Below, in pieces: positions 9,523 through 19,800 of a stretch of DNA of 44,072 nt. Source of the DNA: a virus. Taxonomy: Duplodnaviria > Caudoviricetes. Numbering within the stretch: the first letter of the stretch is position 1; the number at the start of each line of letters is the position of its first letter. The stretch covers positions 1 through 44,072 of IMG/VR virus record IMGVR_UViG_3300033407_000039; one strand, written 5' to 3'. The notes below the pieces were generated by a model that did not search any database, was not told where the DNA came from, and saw only the letters and a program-made list of their open reading frames with translations. Position numbers and translations under genes: made by a program.

Positions 9523-11484
9523 CTACTCACCCGACGCTGTGCCGGACTCGGTGTAACTGGAACTCCAGCCAGAGCTGGACGACAGGCTGTTGCTGATGCC
9601 CGCACTCACGTTGATCGCACTCATGGCCGACGCGGCCAACTGGGAGAGCGTGGTCGCCGCGGTGCGAATGGTCTCCAGCCCCAGCGAAGTCGCGTGGCGC
9701 ATTTCCTCAATCCGTTGGTCACCCACTTTCAAGCGCGCGGCCAGCTTGGCCCGCTCGCCTTCCAGCACCAGCTCCTGGTTGCGAGCCTCACCCTGCAGCC
9801 GTGAGGACTCAGCCCCCAGCTCTGCATTGTACTGGCTGATCTGCGCCTGAAATACCTGTGTCAGCGCCTGCAGGTTCTCGATCTGGGTAGAAACACCGGT
9901 GGCCCACGCCTGTACCTCGGTCTGGTAGCGGTTGGTACGGGCATCGTTGTCCCGGTTGCGGGCGTCGATCTTGCTGATCTCGACCCGGGCCTCGGTATCA
10001 TAGGCACGCAGCGCCTCAGCGTAGCCGCGGACCTGGGCCTCGTAGATGTTGACCCGGGACTGCTCCGCCCGGACGCGGGTATCGAAGATGTCCACTTTGA
10101 CTTTCTCGCCTTCGAGCGAAGTCTTGTAGGCATCGATCCGACCCTTGAACAGTTCGACCTTGGCACCCTGCGCGGCGATCTGGGCGTTGGCCGCTTCCAC
10201 CTGCGACCGGAACACCTGCACCTGCGTATCCACCGCCTGCAACTGGGCCACGTAGATGCGCACCCGCTGCTCGTTGATCTCCCCGCGCACCCGCTCGGCT
10301 TCGAGTTGGGACCGGAATACCTCAAGACGGGCCAGCTCCGCCTGCAGCCGCTCGCGGAATGCCTGGATGTCGGCCTGGTAGATTTGCAGGTTGAGGCGGA
10401 AAATCTCGATGCGCGCGTCGAAGATGGCGCGGGCCACGTCGAACGCCCGGTCAGCAATCTCACGCCCAGAGGTGTGCATCCGCAGATACTGGTCGAACAC
10501 CTGGCCCTGCAGCGCAATACCCTGCTGCACCACGAAGCGGAGGTTCTCGATCTCCTGCTCGTAGAAGCGGATGGTCAGGTCGCGGTTGATCTGGCCACGG
10601 TTATCACGGTTGGCCTGACGGGCCTCGCGCACCCGGGCCAGCAGGGTTGTGCCGGGCAGGGAGAAGCCTCGTGCCGCCCATTCGTCGTAGGACTGCACCA
10701 CGGACTGCTGGGAGGTGATTTCCTCCCGACTGATGCCGCGGTCAAACAACGCCTGCTCGATCGCTGGCGGGAGACCAGAGCCCCCATCCAGCATGAGACC
10801 CAGCCGGTTGAGCGCCTTGTCACCGTCGGCGTTGCGCAGGTTGTGTTCGGTTTGCGCTGCCTCGAACGCTTCATCCACCTGGGTGAAGATGGCTGCGCGG
10901 GCGTCACCGGCGTTCTTCACGTAGTCGTTGGTGTACAGGTGCTCGGAAGGATCCTGGAAATCGGGGCGTACCAACTCGAACTGCTCAAAGTCGATGTCCG
11001 GCGCATCCGGCAGGTTGAGCGCCTCCAGCGTGGGGACATCGGGTAGGGTGTAGACCCCCGGCGTGGGGATGTCCACCTCACCCAATACCGGCGCCGCACC
11101 GTCAAACGCAATCGGGGTGATGTCCGGCGCTGCGATGGTGTTGACGTTGGGTGCAGTAGGCAGGGAAACATTGGGCGCTCGCACGTTGTTCAAGGTGGCG
11201 AACGACGGTTCTACGACATCTGGCCTCTCTGGAGGGTCAGTGAGCGTTACCAGCGGCGGCTCAAACACCGGCGCATCAGGCTTCTCAAACGGCGTGAACG
11301 TCAGGTTATTGTCGAACGTCAGCTCGTTGATCGTGACCGGCGTGATAGTGAAGGTCGAGAGATCACTGACAAAGCCACGCGCTTCGTTGGTAAAGAAGTT
11401 GGCCTGGTTCACGAACCACGAGAACTGGGTGGAGACCTCGTTCGAGGCCGGGGGCAACCACAGACTGTTCCAACCAAGACTCAT
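9523..11484 (-). CDS. Virion protein with a long coiled coil (putative ejection protein)
   Basis: 653 aa: Pro-rich N-terminal part, long Q/E/R/A helical region and Ser-rich C-terminus; tail/ejection gene context. Confidence 0.5.
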   Translation of the reverse strand: MSLGWNSLWLPPASNEVSTQFSWFVNQANFFTNEARGFVSDLSTFTITPVTINELTFDNNLTFTPFEKPDAPVFEPPLVTLTDPPERPDVVEPSFATLNNVRAPNVSLPTAPNVNTIAAPDITPIAFDGAAPVLGEVDIPTPGVYTLPDVPTLEALNLPDAPDIDFEQFELVRPDFQDPSEHLYTNDYVKNAGDARAAIFTQVDEAFEAAQTEHNLRNADGDKALNRLGLMLDGGSGLPPAIEQALFDRGISREEITSQQSVVQSYDEWAARGFSLPGTTLLARVREARQANRDNRGQINRDLTIRFYEQEIENLRFVVQQGIALQGQVFDQYLRMHTSGREIADRAFDVARAIFDARIEIFRLNLQIYQADIQAFRERLQAELARLEVFRSQLEAERVRGEINEQRVRIYVAQLQAVDTQVQVFRSQVEAANAQIAAQGAKVELFKGRIDAYKTSLEGEKVKVDIFDTRVRAEQSRVNIYEAQVRGYAEALRAYDTEARVEISKIDARNRDNDARTNRYQTEVQAWATGVSTQIENLQALTQVFQAQISQYNAELGAESSRLQGEARNQELVLEGERAKLAARLKVGDQRIEEMRHATSLGLETIRTAATTLSQLAASAMSAINVSAGISNSLSSSSGWSSSYTESGTASGE

Positions 11485-11487
11485 CGC

Positions 11488-14460
11488 TCACACCCTCCGG
11501 TTCAGGAAGACCGGATACAACTCCAGCTTGTCAATCTCAAAGTCCGCACCGTCCACGTTGGCCAGCTCGAACTGCCAGTACCGCGACCGGATGCCCCGGC
11601 CCAGTTTGATGACCTGCTCACGCGGCGCATCTGCTGTGCGGTGGGTCGCTGTGAACCAATGCTCGCGTAACTCACCACCACTCACAGCCCTCACCCGCAG
11701 CACCATCTTACCATCCGCAGTGTACCCCACATAGGCCGTGGGGACACGCTTCATCTTGGTACTGTTGAAGTCGGTCATCATGGTCATAATGGATGCACTG
11801 ATGGGTTCACCGGCGTCGTCACCACCGTCGAGACGGTACAAGCCATCCTCCGCCGCACCGTAGTACACACCGCCCAGCTCACAGAACGAGTTGAACGGGT
11901 AGTCGGTGTACTCACTGATGGGCTTGTTGCCTTCGGTGTTTACCACCCAGCCGGTGAATGCTTCGTCGCCCAGCTTGAACCCTACCCAGATGCCGGGTTG
12001 CTCCGAGACGTTGGCGAGGTAGTGGCCCAGGATGTCCACACCGTCGGCGATCTCCATGGAGACGCTTTCACTGACCACGATGGCCAGAACGTTCTCCATG
12101 GCATCGGTAGCGGACAGGGCCTCGGCCAGCAGCGCGAGTTGCTTGAACAGCTCCGTGGTGGCATCGGCAGCGCTCAGCGCCTCCGCAGCGGACAGGGACC
12201 ATGCCTCGCGGGTGGCATCAGTGATGCTCACCGCCTCCGCCAGCAGCGCTACCGCCTCGTAGAACGTCTCCACCTGCCCGTCCAGCACCATCCGCTCAGC
12301 GATGTTGAGGGCGAGTGCAAACGTTTGCGCATCTTCCACGCTCACCGCTTCAGGTATATTGAGCGCCACGGCGATCTGTTGCGCAGCAGCGATGGTGAGG
12401 TTCTCCAGGATCTCCGCCTGCGGGTTCCAGAAGGTCTGGGCGGCCGCCAGCACACTCAGACGCTCCAGCACATGGACCCCCAGGTTGTACTGCATGGTGC
12501 TGCTAGTGGAGACTGTCTCCGAAACAAATTTCAAGGTAACCCCTGCGAGAACCGCATCAACAATCGCCTGTATTTCCTCAAGTGTATCAGCTTCCGCGCC
12601 GGTCACAGCGTCTATCGCTGCGTTCACGTCATCGAGGTTTTCTGGTGTGACGCCAATGACCCCGGCTACTTCATAGTCCTCTACAGCGGGGATAGGGTTG
12701 GTATTGTCATCGGCGTAGTCAGCGATTTTCTCAATGGCCTCGATGGCGGCGAGCACACCATCGACAACCGCCTGGATGTCCTCAGTGGTTCCTACATCTT
12801 CGCCGGTCAGGGCGTCTATCGCTTCGTTTACAGCATCGAGGTTCTCCGGTATGACGCCAACGACCCCCGCATCTGCGTAGTCCTGCACAGTAGGTGTTGG
12901 GTTGGTATTGTCATCGGCGTAATCGACAATCTTCTGTATCGCTATGTTCGCTTCGTAGGGTATGTTTGTCCCAATGCCTATGAGCGGTGGGAAAGAGAGA
13001 TACCCTTCAGAGTACTCAGTCTCTGACGATGCGAGCGCCCTTAGCGGTAGCATACTGCACGATGAGCTGACCGATATGCCGCCCGTCACACCGCCCGCGT
13101 CGCCGTCCATCGGCGCCAGTGTCAGAGTGCCAATACCAATGGTCGGTTCAACCAGGCCGCCCGCCGCGGACACCGTGAGCGGCCTCATACGCATGGCGTC
13201 GCCTACGTAATTACCGGTCCACCCAACGGCGACGCCTGGGCCGGAGGCTGCACCCGCCAGCGGTAGCATGGCTGGGTCACCACTACCGCCGCTCGTGCTG
13301 ATACCCACACCGGTCGCAGTGTCCCCGGTGGCCACGGCGTCGGACGTTGTGGTAGCCCCGGCTACTCCCTTCGCTGTACCGGGACCGAAGGTCTGGGTTG
13401 GGGTGATCGCACCAGCTACCCCGACCGCCGCTGTGAGCGTCCTACCGCCGCCAGTCCCACCTTCTTCGCTGGTCTCACCGATGTCAACATAAACAGAGCC
13501 ATCGACCTTGACCTGCCCGTTGATCGCCCGTGAGACGGTGGTGGCCCCGGCGACGCCTATCGCTGTACCCGGCCCGACCACCCGTGTGACCGCTATGGCC
13601 GAGGCGACCGCCTGGGCATCGGATACCGTGACCGCACCGAGGTTTGTGTTGAGCGGGGCCAGCGCAACAGCAAGTTCCTCAGCGTCCCAGATCAGGTCTC
13701 CGCCACTGAAAAGGGAGCAGTCCACAATAACGTCGGCGGCCAGTTCCTCAGTGTGCACCAGACCACCGTCAACGTACACCTCTACGTCCCCGGTATTGGT
13801 CCGGGAGAGAGCGAAGCGCGTATAGTCAGTGAACTGCGCGGTCGCACCGAACGGTATCCCGCCACGATACAGCTGGTAAATACCGCTCTGCGCCATGACC
13901 GACAAACTCATGCCGGTATAGCCGTTATCCTGCGGTGCGGTGGTCAGTGTGAGGCCGACTACGGACCCGACGTTGCCCGCAGACATACGCCACCTGAACA
14001 CCGTGTTCACCGCCAGCGGGGCGGGGCCGAGTGCTCCTGAGTTCCATCCGAGGTTGTAGTCCTCGATGATCTCCGCTTCGGTGGCAGGCACCGGTGGGGT
14101 GGGCGGTACAGAGGGCACCGCCGGTACAGATACCTCTACGAGCACCGTCTGGGACTCGGCTACATAGATGTACTCCACACCTGCGAATATCGCAGACAGG
14201 TAGGCTTTAACACCGTCGAAGTATCGGTAGCCACCGGAACGAATTGTCTGCGTACCTCCGCCGGGGAGGGGCGTCGTGACTATAGTGTCCCAGCCGGATG
14301 GCGGGAGCGGGCTGGAGTAGGTAGCGCCAGAGACTACGGTTTCTTCCCAGTAGGTGTACGCGGGGGTGCCTGCGCTACCAGCCGAGCCAGGGATAGCCGG
14401 ACTACCGGGGATGTAGGTGATCCCCGTCGTCTTCAGCAGCCTATTCAATTCCCAGCTCAT
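11488..14460 (-). CDS. Tail fibre/scaffold protein with several repeat types and a nozzle-like C-terminal region
   Basis: 990 aa with GVAGA-type, MxPL-type and ExxxxxD-type short repeats plus two 68-aa acidic repeats. The C-terminus (GLYRLDG..DF...K..RSRYWQFEL) resembles podovirus tail-nozzle C-terminal regions. Confidence 0.6.
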   Translation of the reverse strand: MSWELNRLLKTTGITYIPGSPAIPGSAGSAGTPAYTYWEETVVSGATYSSPLPPSGWDTIVTTPLPGGGTQTIRSGGYRYFDGVKAYLSAIFAGVEYIYVAESQTVLVEVSVPAVPSVPPTPPVPATEAEIIEDYNLGWNSGALGPAPLAVNTVFRWRMSAGNVGSVVGLTLTTAPQDNGYTGMSLSVMAQSGIYQLYRGGIPFGATAQFTDYTRFALSRTNTGDVEVYVDGGLVHTEELAADVIVDCSLFSGGDLIWDAEELAVALAPLNTNLGAVTVSDAQAVASAIAVTRVVGPGTAIGVAGATTVSRAINGQVKVDGSVYVDIGETSEEGGTGGGRTLTAAVGVAGAITPTQTFGPGTAKGVAGATTTSDAVATGDTATGVGISTSGGSGDPAMLPLAGAASGPGVAVGWTGNYVGDAMRMRPLTVSAAGGLVEPTIGIGTLTLAPMDGDAGGVTGGISVSSSCSMLPLRALASSETEYSEGYLSFPPLIGIGTNIPYEANIAIQKIVDYADDNTNPTPTVQDYADAGVVGVIPENLDAVNEAIDALTGEDVGTTEDIQAVVDGVLAAIEAIEKIADYADDNTNPIPAVEDYEVAGVIGVTPENLDDVNAAIDAVTGAEADTLEEIQAIVDAVLAGVTLKFVSETVSTSSTMQYNLGVHVLERLSVLAAAQTFWNPQAEILENLTIAAAQQIAVALNIPEAVSVEDAQTFALALNIAERMVLDGQVETFYEAVALLAEAVSITDATREAWSLSAAEALSAADATTELFKQLALLAEALSATDAMENVLAIVVSESVSMEIADGVDILGHYLANVSEQPGIWVGFKLGDEAFTGWVVNTEGNKPISEYTDYPFNSFCELGGVYYGAAEDGLYRLDGGDDAGEPISASIMTMMTDFNSTKMKRVPTAYVGYTADGKMVLRVRAVSGGELREHWFTATHRTADAPREQVIKLGRGIRSRYWQFELANVDGADFEIDKLELYPVFLNRRV
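12545..12950 (-). repeat. Two tandem 68-aa (204-nt) repeats within the tail protein
   Basis: AIQKIVDYADDNTNPTPTVQDYADAGVVGVIPENLDAVNEAID... and AIEKIADYADDNTNPIPAVEDYEVAGVIGVTPENLDDVNAAID...; the identical DNA gttggtattgtcatcggcgta occurs at 12697 and 12901. Confidence 0.95.
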
Positions 14461-14524
14461 CTACCTCACCCCGTTGAACGAAGGCAACCCTAGACGATGC
14501 CTGCGGAAGTCAGCCCCCCATACG

Positions 14525-14968
14525 TTACAGAGTAGGCAAGGCCACATTGAAGTGATTAACGGTCTGTATCGCGCTAGCAGTCAGTGTGACACTCGACAGG
14601 TTCAATTCCGCACCAACCAGCCCGACCGTCCCCTGAACACGCAACTGGTCAGGGTCAGCGGTACCGTCGTCAGCAGGCTGAACGAAGCGGAAGAAGGTGG
14701 CGGTGCCACTGGCTACGTTCGTCCCTTGCCAGGTCTCGGCGGTCGCCTTTGAGATGACGCCACTGACTGCAGGGGATTCCCACGTTAACCCGGTACCGCC
14801 CCCGCTGACAGACAACTGACACAGGAGGGTAGCCGCACCGAGCGCAGCTTCTGCGTCGGCGGGAACTGCACCTGCGTAAATACGCAGAAAGCCGAGGTCC
14901 ATCGCCGTTTTGAAAGCGCCGGTGTCCAGCATGTAGTTGCGGAGCCCGGCAGATACTGAGAATGCCAT
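14525..14968 (-). CDS. Small virion/fibre subunit, paralog of 29946..30353
   Basis: 147 aa; shares the RN..L, IY.G..PA, ATLL, GTA.F/W.R and VG..GA.L motifs with the 135-aa protein. Confidence 0.65.
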   Translation of the reverse strand: MAFSVSAGLRNYMLDTGAFKTAMDLGFLRIYAGAVPADAEAALGAATLLCQLSVSGGGTGLTWESPAVSGVISKATAETWQGTNVASGTATFFRFVQPADDGTADPDQLRVQGTVGLVGAELNLSSVTLTASAIQTVNHFNVALPTL

Positions 14969-15387
14969 TATGCGGTCCTCGCTAGTTCAACGTAAATTGC
15001 GCCGACTGCGAAAACCAGAGGTTCCCCCACCAGCCGCGTCACAGTCACAGGCAATTCACCTGCGGCCAACATATTTCCACTACCGTCCTTCACCGCCCAG
15101 TGTGTCACGTCGTAGGCAGCCGCGCCGGAGCCGTACACCACAGCCGGGAAGGTACACGCCAGGTCGTTGTAAACCCGGTCGTCGGTTGTGACCCCTTCGT
15201 CCTCAAAGGTAATGCTCTGTTCCACGTAGGCCGTATCATCGACGGTATCGCTGACTTCCGTACCCCCGCCGTGGGGGTCACCATCGTACAGGTGCAGCGT
15301 GTGCCCAGTGGGCTTCGCAAAGGTACCCGTGGCGAACAGGTGGTTCAACACGTTGTCGATCGCGTATTCAGCTAATCCGTTGGCCAT
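14968..15387 (-). CDS. Small tail-fibre-associated protein
   Basis: 139 aa; the LHLYDGDP..GGTEV...Y....ITF and VTHWAVKDGSGNML pattern is typical of small phage fibre subunits. Confidence 0.6.
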   Translation of the reverse strand: MANGLAEYAIDNVLNHLFATGTFAKPTGHTLHLYDGDPHGGGTEVSDTVDDTAYVEQSITFEDEGVTTDDRVYNDLACTFPAVVYGSGAAAYDVTHWAVKDGSGNMLAAGELPVTVTRLVGEPLVFAVGAIYVELARTA

Positions 15388-15445
15388 TTCTGTGCCCTCT
15401 CAGCGGCTTCAAAAAGCATTATGTATCAATTGCCCCGGCTTTGCA

Positions 15446-16882
15446 CTACGGTCGGAAAATCAGGTTGTTACCGGCGGTGTTTCGACGGGTTTGGGTGACC
15501 ACTACATCATTGCCTTTGGCACAAGCCCTGATTCTTTCTGCTCTAAAGCTGCTGTCTGATATCCACTCGTTCACCGACACCGCGACGGGCGCAGAAAAGG
15601 TCTGCATACCGTCCTCAGAAACCACATAGGTCACAGTTACGAAACTCTCGAAAGTGTCGCTGTTGTAAGATGAAACAACGAACACGATAACAATGCGCCC
15701 GTCATCCAGTTCAACGGCCACCTGCTTGTTCTGACTTTGAATAAAGTCAAAATATTCGGATAAGGCTACGCTGCCAATCCATGCATATATCAAGCTGGAA
15801 AAGGTTGCCCCTCCATCAGTAGACCGACGCCACGCCAGCGCGTCGGAGTCTCCTGTGAGGGCGAAGCCAAGATAGACCTCTCCCGGTCGGCTGCGTGAGG
15901 CAAGAACTTCGATACAGCCTTCTTCGATGAGAAAGTAGCTCGGCCCCTCCGTGTCCACGTCGTACACCATGCTAGGCGCAGCCCAAGTGGTCTTGGATGT
16001 CGGCCGATGGTAGAGAATGCCGTAGAAATACGGGTCGTCAATGTAGCCCAGGTAGGCTATGTGCAGGCCTACGGCATCCGCCGAGCAGGACTCGAATCGG
16101 TCGGTCGGCTGGCCGCCATAGTTGTGCTCGGCCTCGGTGAAAACGTGCGTAGTCCACGTCGCGCCGTGATCGTCGGAATAGCCTGCGGTGTACCGGCCAG
16201 TCTCAGAAAAATCCACTACCGCATCGACATGGTTGGTGCCGAGGTAATACAGGTCTCCGTCAATCGAATCGGTATGCGTGACAGTGTGGTTTGCTCCAAC
16301 GACATTCTCCGTAGTCCAGGTTTCGCCATCGGCTGACCGGGAGGTAACAATGCGCTGCACGTTGTCGCTGTCGTCGTTGCTGGTGTTGCTCACAACATAG
16401 AACAGCGACCCATCGAAAGTTATGAAAGTACCAAACTGTTCGTCCACTCCCCGCCAATACGGGCAGGCGTCATAGCCGCCGTAGTAAGTGCCCGCCCCCG
16501 GAAGCCACGTAAACTTCTCAATGCAGTCGCCGTAAGTGAAACCGTCGTCATCGGACACAAACACCGCGTAGGTTTCGTTTGAGCCGTTGCCCGTAACGCC
16601 GTAACTAAATCCTGCTGCGACAACGATCTTTCCGTTACCGAATGCGGGGCGCGCCGCCATAGGCGCCCGGCTTTCCCCATAGAATGTGGTGTAGAAAGAC
16701 CGGCCAGCGATAGGATCAGGCTCAGAGTCAAAGCGGACCCAGCCATCAGCTAGGGGCGGTAGATCCGCGCCTGTACATAATTCCACAGCGCCGAGTTCTT
16801 CGACCCAGTAGCAGTTATCCGCCATAGCCACTAGCGGCCATGCCGCCCCCACAAACAAAAACTGCCGTCTGGAAAAACCCAT
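15446..16882 (-). CDS. Asp-box (BNR) beta-propeller, sialidase-like, with a twin-arginine signal peptide
   Basis: Five Asp-boxes (SDDDGFTY, SADGETW, SDDHGATW, STDGGATF, SEDGMQTF). The N-terminus is MGFSRRQFL...AMA|D. Confidence 0.7.
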   Translation of the reverse strand: MGFSRRQFLFVGAAWPLVAMADNCYWVEELGAVELCTGADLPPLADGWVRFDSEPDPIAGRSFYTTFYGESRAPMAARPAFGNGKIVVAAGFSYGVTGNGSNETYAVFVSDDDGFTYGDCIEKFTWLPGAGTYYGGYDACPYWRGVDEQFGTFITFDGSLFYVVSNTSNDDSDNVQRIVTSRSADGETWTTENVVGANHTVTHTDSIDGDLYYLGTNHVDAVVDFSETGRYTAGYSDDHGATWTTHVFTEAEHNYGGQPTDRFESCSADAVGLHIAYLGYIDDPYFYGILYHRPTSKTTWAAPSMVYDVDTEGPSYFLIEEGCIEVLASRSRPGEVYLGFALTGDSDALAWRRSTDGGATFSSLIYAWIGSVALSEYFDFIQSQNKQVAVELDDGRIVIVFVVSSYNSDTFESFVTVTYVVSEDGMQTFSAPVAVSVNEWISDSSFRAERIRACAKGNDVVVTQTRRNTAGNNLIFRP

Positions 16883-16888
16883 GCGCGC

Positions 16889-19800
16889 TCACAGTACCTT
16901 ACCCATCGGCCACACGTCCCTCACACCCTCGATACCCAACGCTTCGTCAATATCGAAGTTAGCCCACAGCAACACCTCACCATCCTCCGGTGGAGCATAG
17001 TACTCCCACTCACTAAAAGCAAACGTGGAGCCCACAGCTTTAGTGTATGTCGGGGGGAGGTACCCCACCTTGTTGACATGGTTAATACCTACCCGCACGA
17101 TGATGCGGTCCTCGTAGCGCACGACCTTGGCCTGCACCTCCCCGAGCTTGGAGAACTGCGGGCCGATGTTGCAGTTCATAAACGACAACGCCAGTTTGCC
17201 TGTTCCTACGTAATTGGTGTTGGAGTCGCCGTGGTATTGGTACCCTGTGAAGCACGACACCTGGTAGTCGCCTGCCGGCGGACGCCCCCAGGGTACGTCA
17301 ACGGTCTCTTGGGGAAAAGTTCTATAGGGTGGACGCACATAGGCTCCCGCAGGCGTCACTGTAGCGAACACCCCCACAGCGTCATCCACATCAGGAGTTA
17401 TCATCCCAGAGGTGTTGGCGCGGATGAGTCCTGCACCAGCAGGCTCTGCATGGAAGATGGTGGAAGGCGACACATCCATGTTGTAGATCCACCGGGAGTT
17501 GGGCAGCGAACTCCTGAAGGGCTCCGGGTCGGTGTCACTCTTGGGCAGCGTATTGATCGCCGGGTTGTCGAGACTCTTGGGTATCGTGTACAACAGCTCG
17601 ATAGTCCGCCCGTAGGGAAACTCGTCACCCTCGTTGGGGTCAAGGTCCATCCAGTATTCTACGTCACCATCTACCCGCAGACGCCGCTCATCCGGTGGGT
17701 CAGAGGGAAAATACACCCATTCTTTCTCAGTGAAAATCTTGCTGTAGATAATGTCCTCGCGCAGCAGGTCCATGTAGTGAACCATGCAGAAGAAACTGGC
17801 GTCGCCGCTGCCTGGCCACACTGCGTCGTCTTCCTGCCCTGTGTCCTCTGTCCGTTCGCCTTCCAGAAACGTCGTAGGAAACAACCCCTCCATATACTGC
17901 TGCATGTACACTATTTCTTTGCCACTGGGGAACACCATCTTCCGGTACCGCCAGCAGTAGCTATAGCGACCGCCGAAATCTGGGCCGTCCAGGCGATGCC
18001 CGAGCTGGTTAGATTTCTCGTCTACCTGAAGCACCACATAGGACAGCACGTCGTTCGGATCATAGTGTGGAAAAACCTCATAGGTGCCGTTGAGCACCCG
18101 TTTGTAGAACGTTAGCCAGAACCCGGGGGCTTCGCTGTCAAGCGGGTCGTCGTCCGGGTCTGACGTCCAACAAGTAATCTCCGCAACCAGAGGGGTCGGA
18201 ACGTACTCCGTCATGGGGGCGTCTGTCCCCACCAGCGAGTCGTCCCACTCGAAGTGGTGGCAGTTCACCGCAGCACGGGGATTCTCCAGTGCAGAAATAT
18301 CCGCGTCCCGCGTCACGGGGGTACCCAAACCTGTGTCCGTGTAAGTGTGCTCACTCCAGAATTGCGCCAGATAGTCCAATGCTTCGTTGTAGGTATCGCT
18401 GATCTTGTGCATGGTGAATGTGAACCGGTCGCCGGTGGAGTTGAACCACACCTTGGCCGGGGGATTGGTCAACCAGTCGTCCTCCAGCAGCCACTCCCAC
18501 TCATACTCAATCTCCCACCGCCCATCATCGGCATCATCCGGGCGCCAGGGAATCTCCGAAGACTCGGTAATGCGCACTGGGAACTTCACCACGAACATGC
18601 GCACGTAGTCGCTTTCCTGGGGGTACGTCCCTCCGCCAGCGCGAGCGTCGATCAGCGCAGTGCTAGTATAGTAAACACAGCGGACCCACTTTTCCGTATC
18701 GAACACAATCTCACCATCACGCTCAACCTCGACCTGCTGCTCGATCATGGCGCTACCTACGCATCCCAGAAAATCGTCAGTCTCCACGTCTGTAGGAACG
18801 ATGGCCTGTATCAACCCTGATGGTATCTCATACTGATGCCGCCCCCAGCCCACCCAGCGGGCGTCCGGGAAGTGTGAGTGGGAGTAAGGGTTGGTACCGT
18901 TGCCCACCCCGGTAGCGCCGTGTGCCCCTTCGTGCAAGTCGTCGTAGATGGGCACCCACGACTCACGCGCGCAAAATAACTGCGCCCAGCACTCGTGGTT
19001 GTTGATACCGATGAGCGGGACAGGGTTGAACTGGTCCGCAGGGAGCGTAGCGTCGTTGCGGTCCACGTAGGCGTTCAGCCCTCCGCCGGCACCGATGTGG
19101 TGCGACGCGAGTTTGGTCCCCCCACCCCACGTGGCGAAGGGTAAAGCAAACTCCGACCAGAGACTGTCCACCATATTGGGGTAGTGCTCAGCGGAGTCCC
19201 TCCATGACTCAGCAATGAACTGCCCTACCAGCGTCGGGGTCGTCGCCCACTCGGGTATGCCGTCTGGCGACAATAGTAGAATGTTCTCCCGGAAGTTGTG
19301 TCCGAGAGACATGAATGGCTCGCGCCCCGTGGTACTGAACACCCGCCCCGAGGTCGTCCGGTAGCCCGGTTGGAAGTCGGGGTGGGAATGAAAGAAGTGG
19401 CCGGGCGGCCTGGCCGTCTGCCGCCCGATCAACGGTGCGGCGTTGGTGTCCCCCCGCACCATCCGGTACACCGGTTCCTCGCCCACTGCCGCCCGGTAGC
19501 CGTTGGTCTCCTGGAAAATAGACTCCGCTACCGCGCCGGCGTACAGCACTTCTTCCGGCCGATGGGTGAACCACTCGTCGGCGGGTTCCTCATAGATCAG
19601 ACTGGTAAAGTCGCGGGTGAACTGCCGGGCCAACTGCCGAGTATAGGTGGTATCCCCTTCACGCAGCACTTCATAGACACCGGGGACATTGATGTCGCCC
19701 ACCTCGATGTTCCAGTACTCCACCCCCTCATAGTAGTCAGGCTGGTAAGCGTAGCTGTAGGGCTCCGACAGCTTCAGCCCATAGGCGTACCGTACCGGCC

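Noticed and set aside
9523-11484. Tape measure protein of a long-tailed phage
   Set aside because: No tail tube, sheath or chaperone genes were recognised, and the adaptor-nozzle-ejection gene order fits a short-tailed virion.
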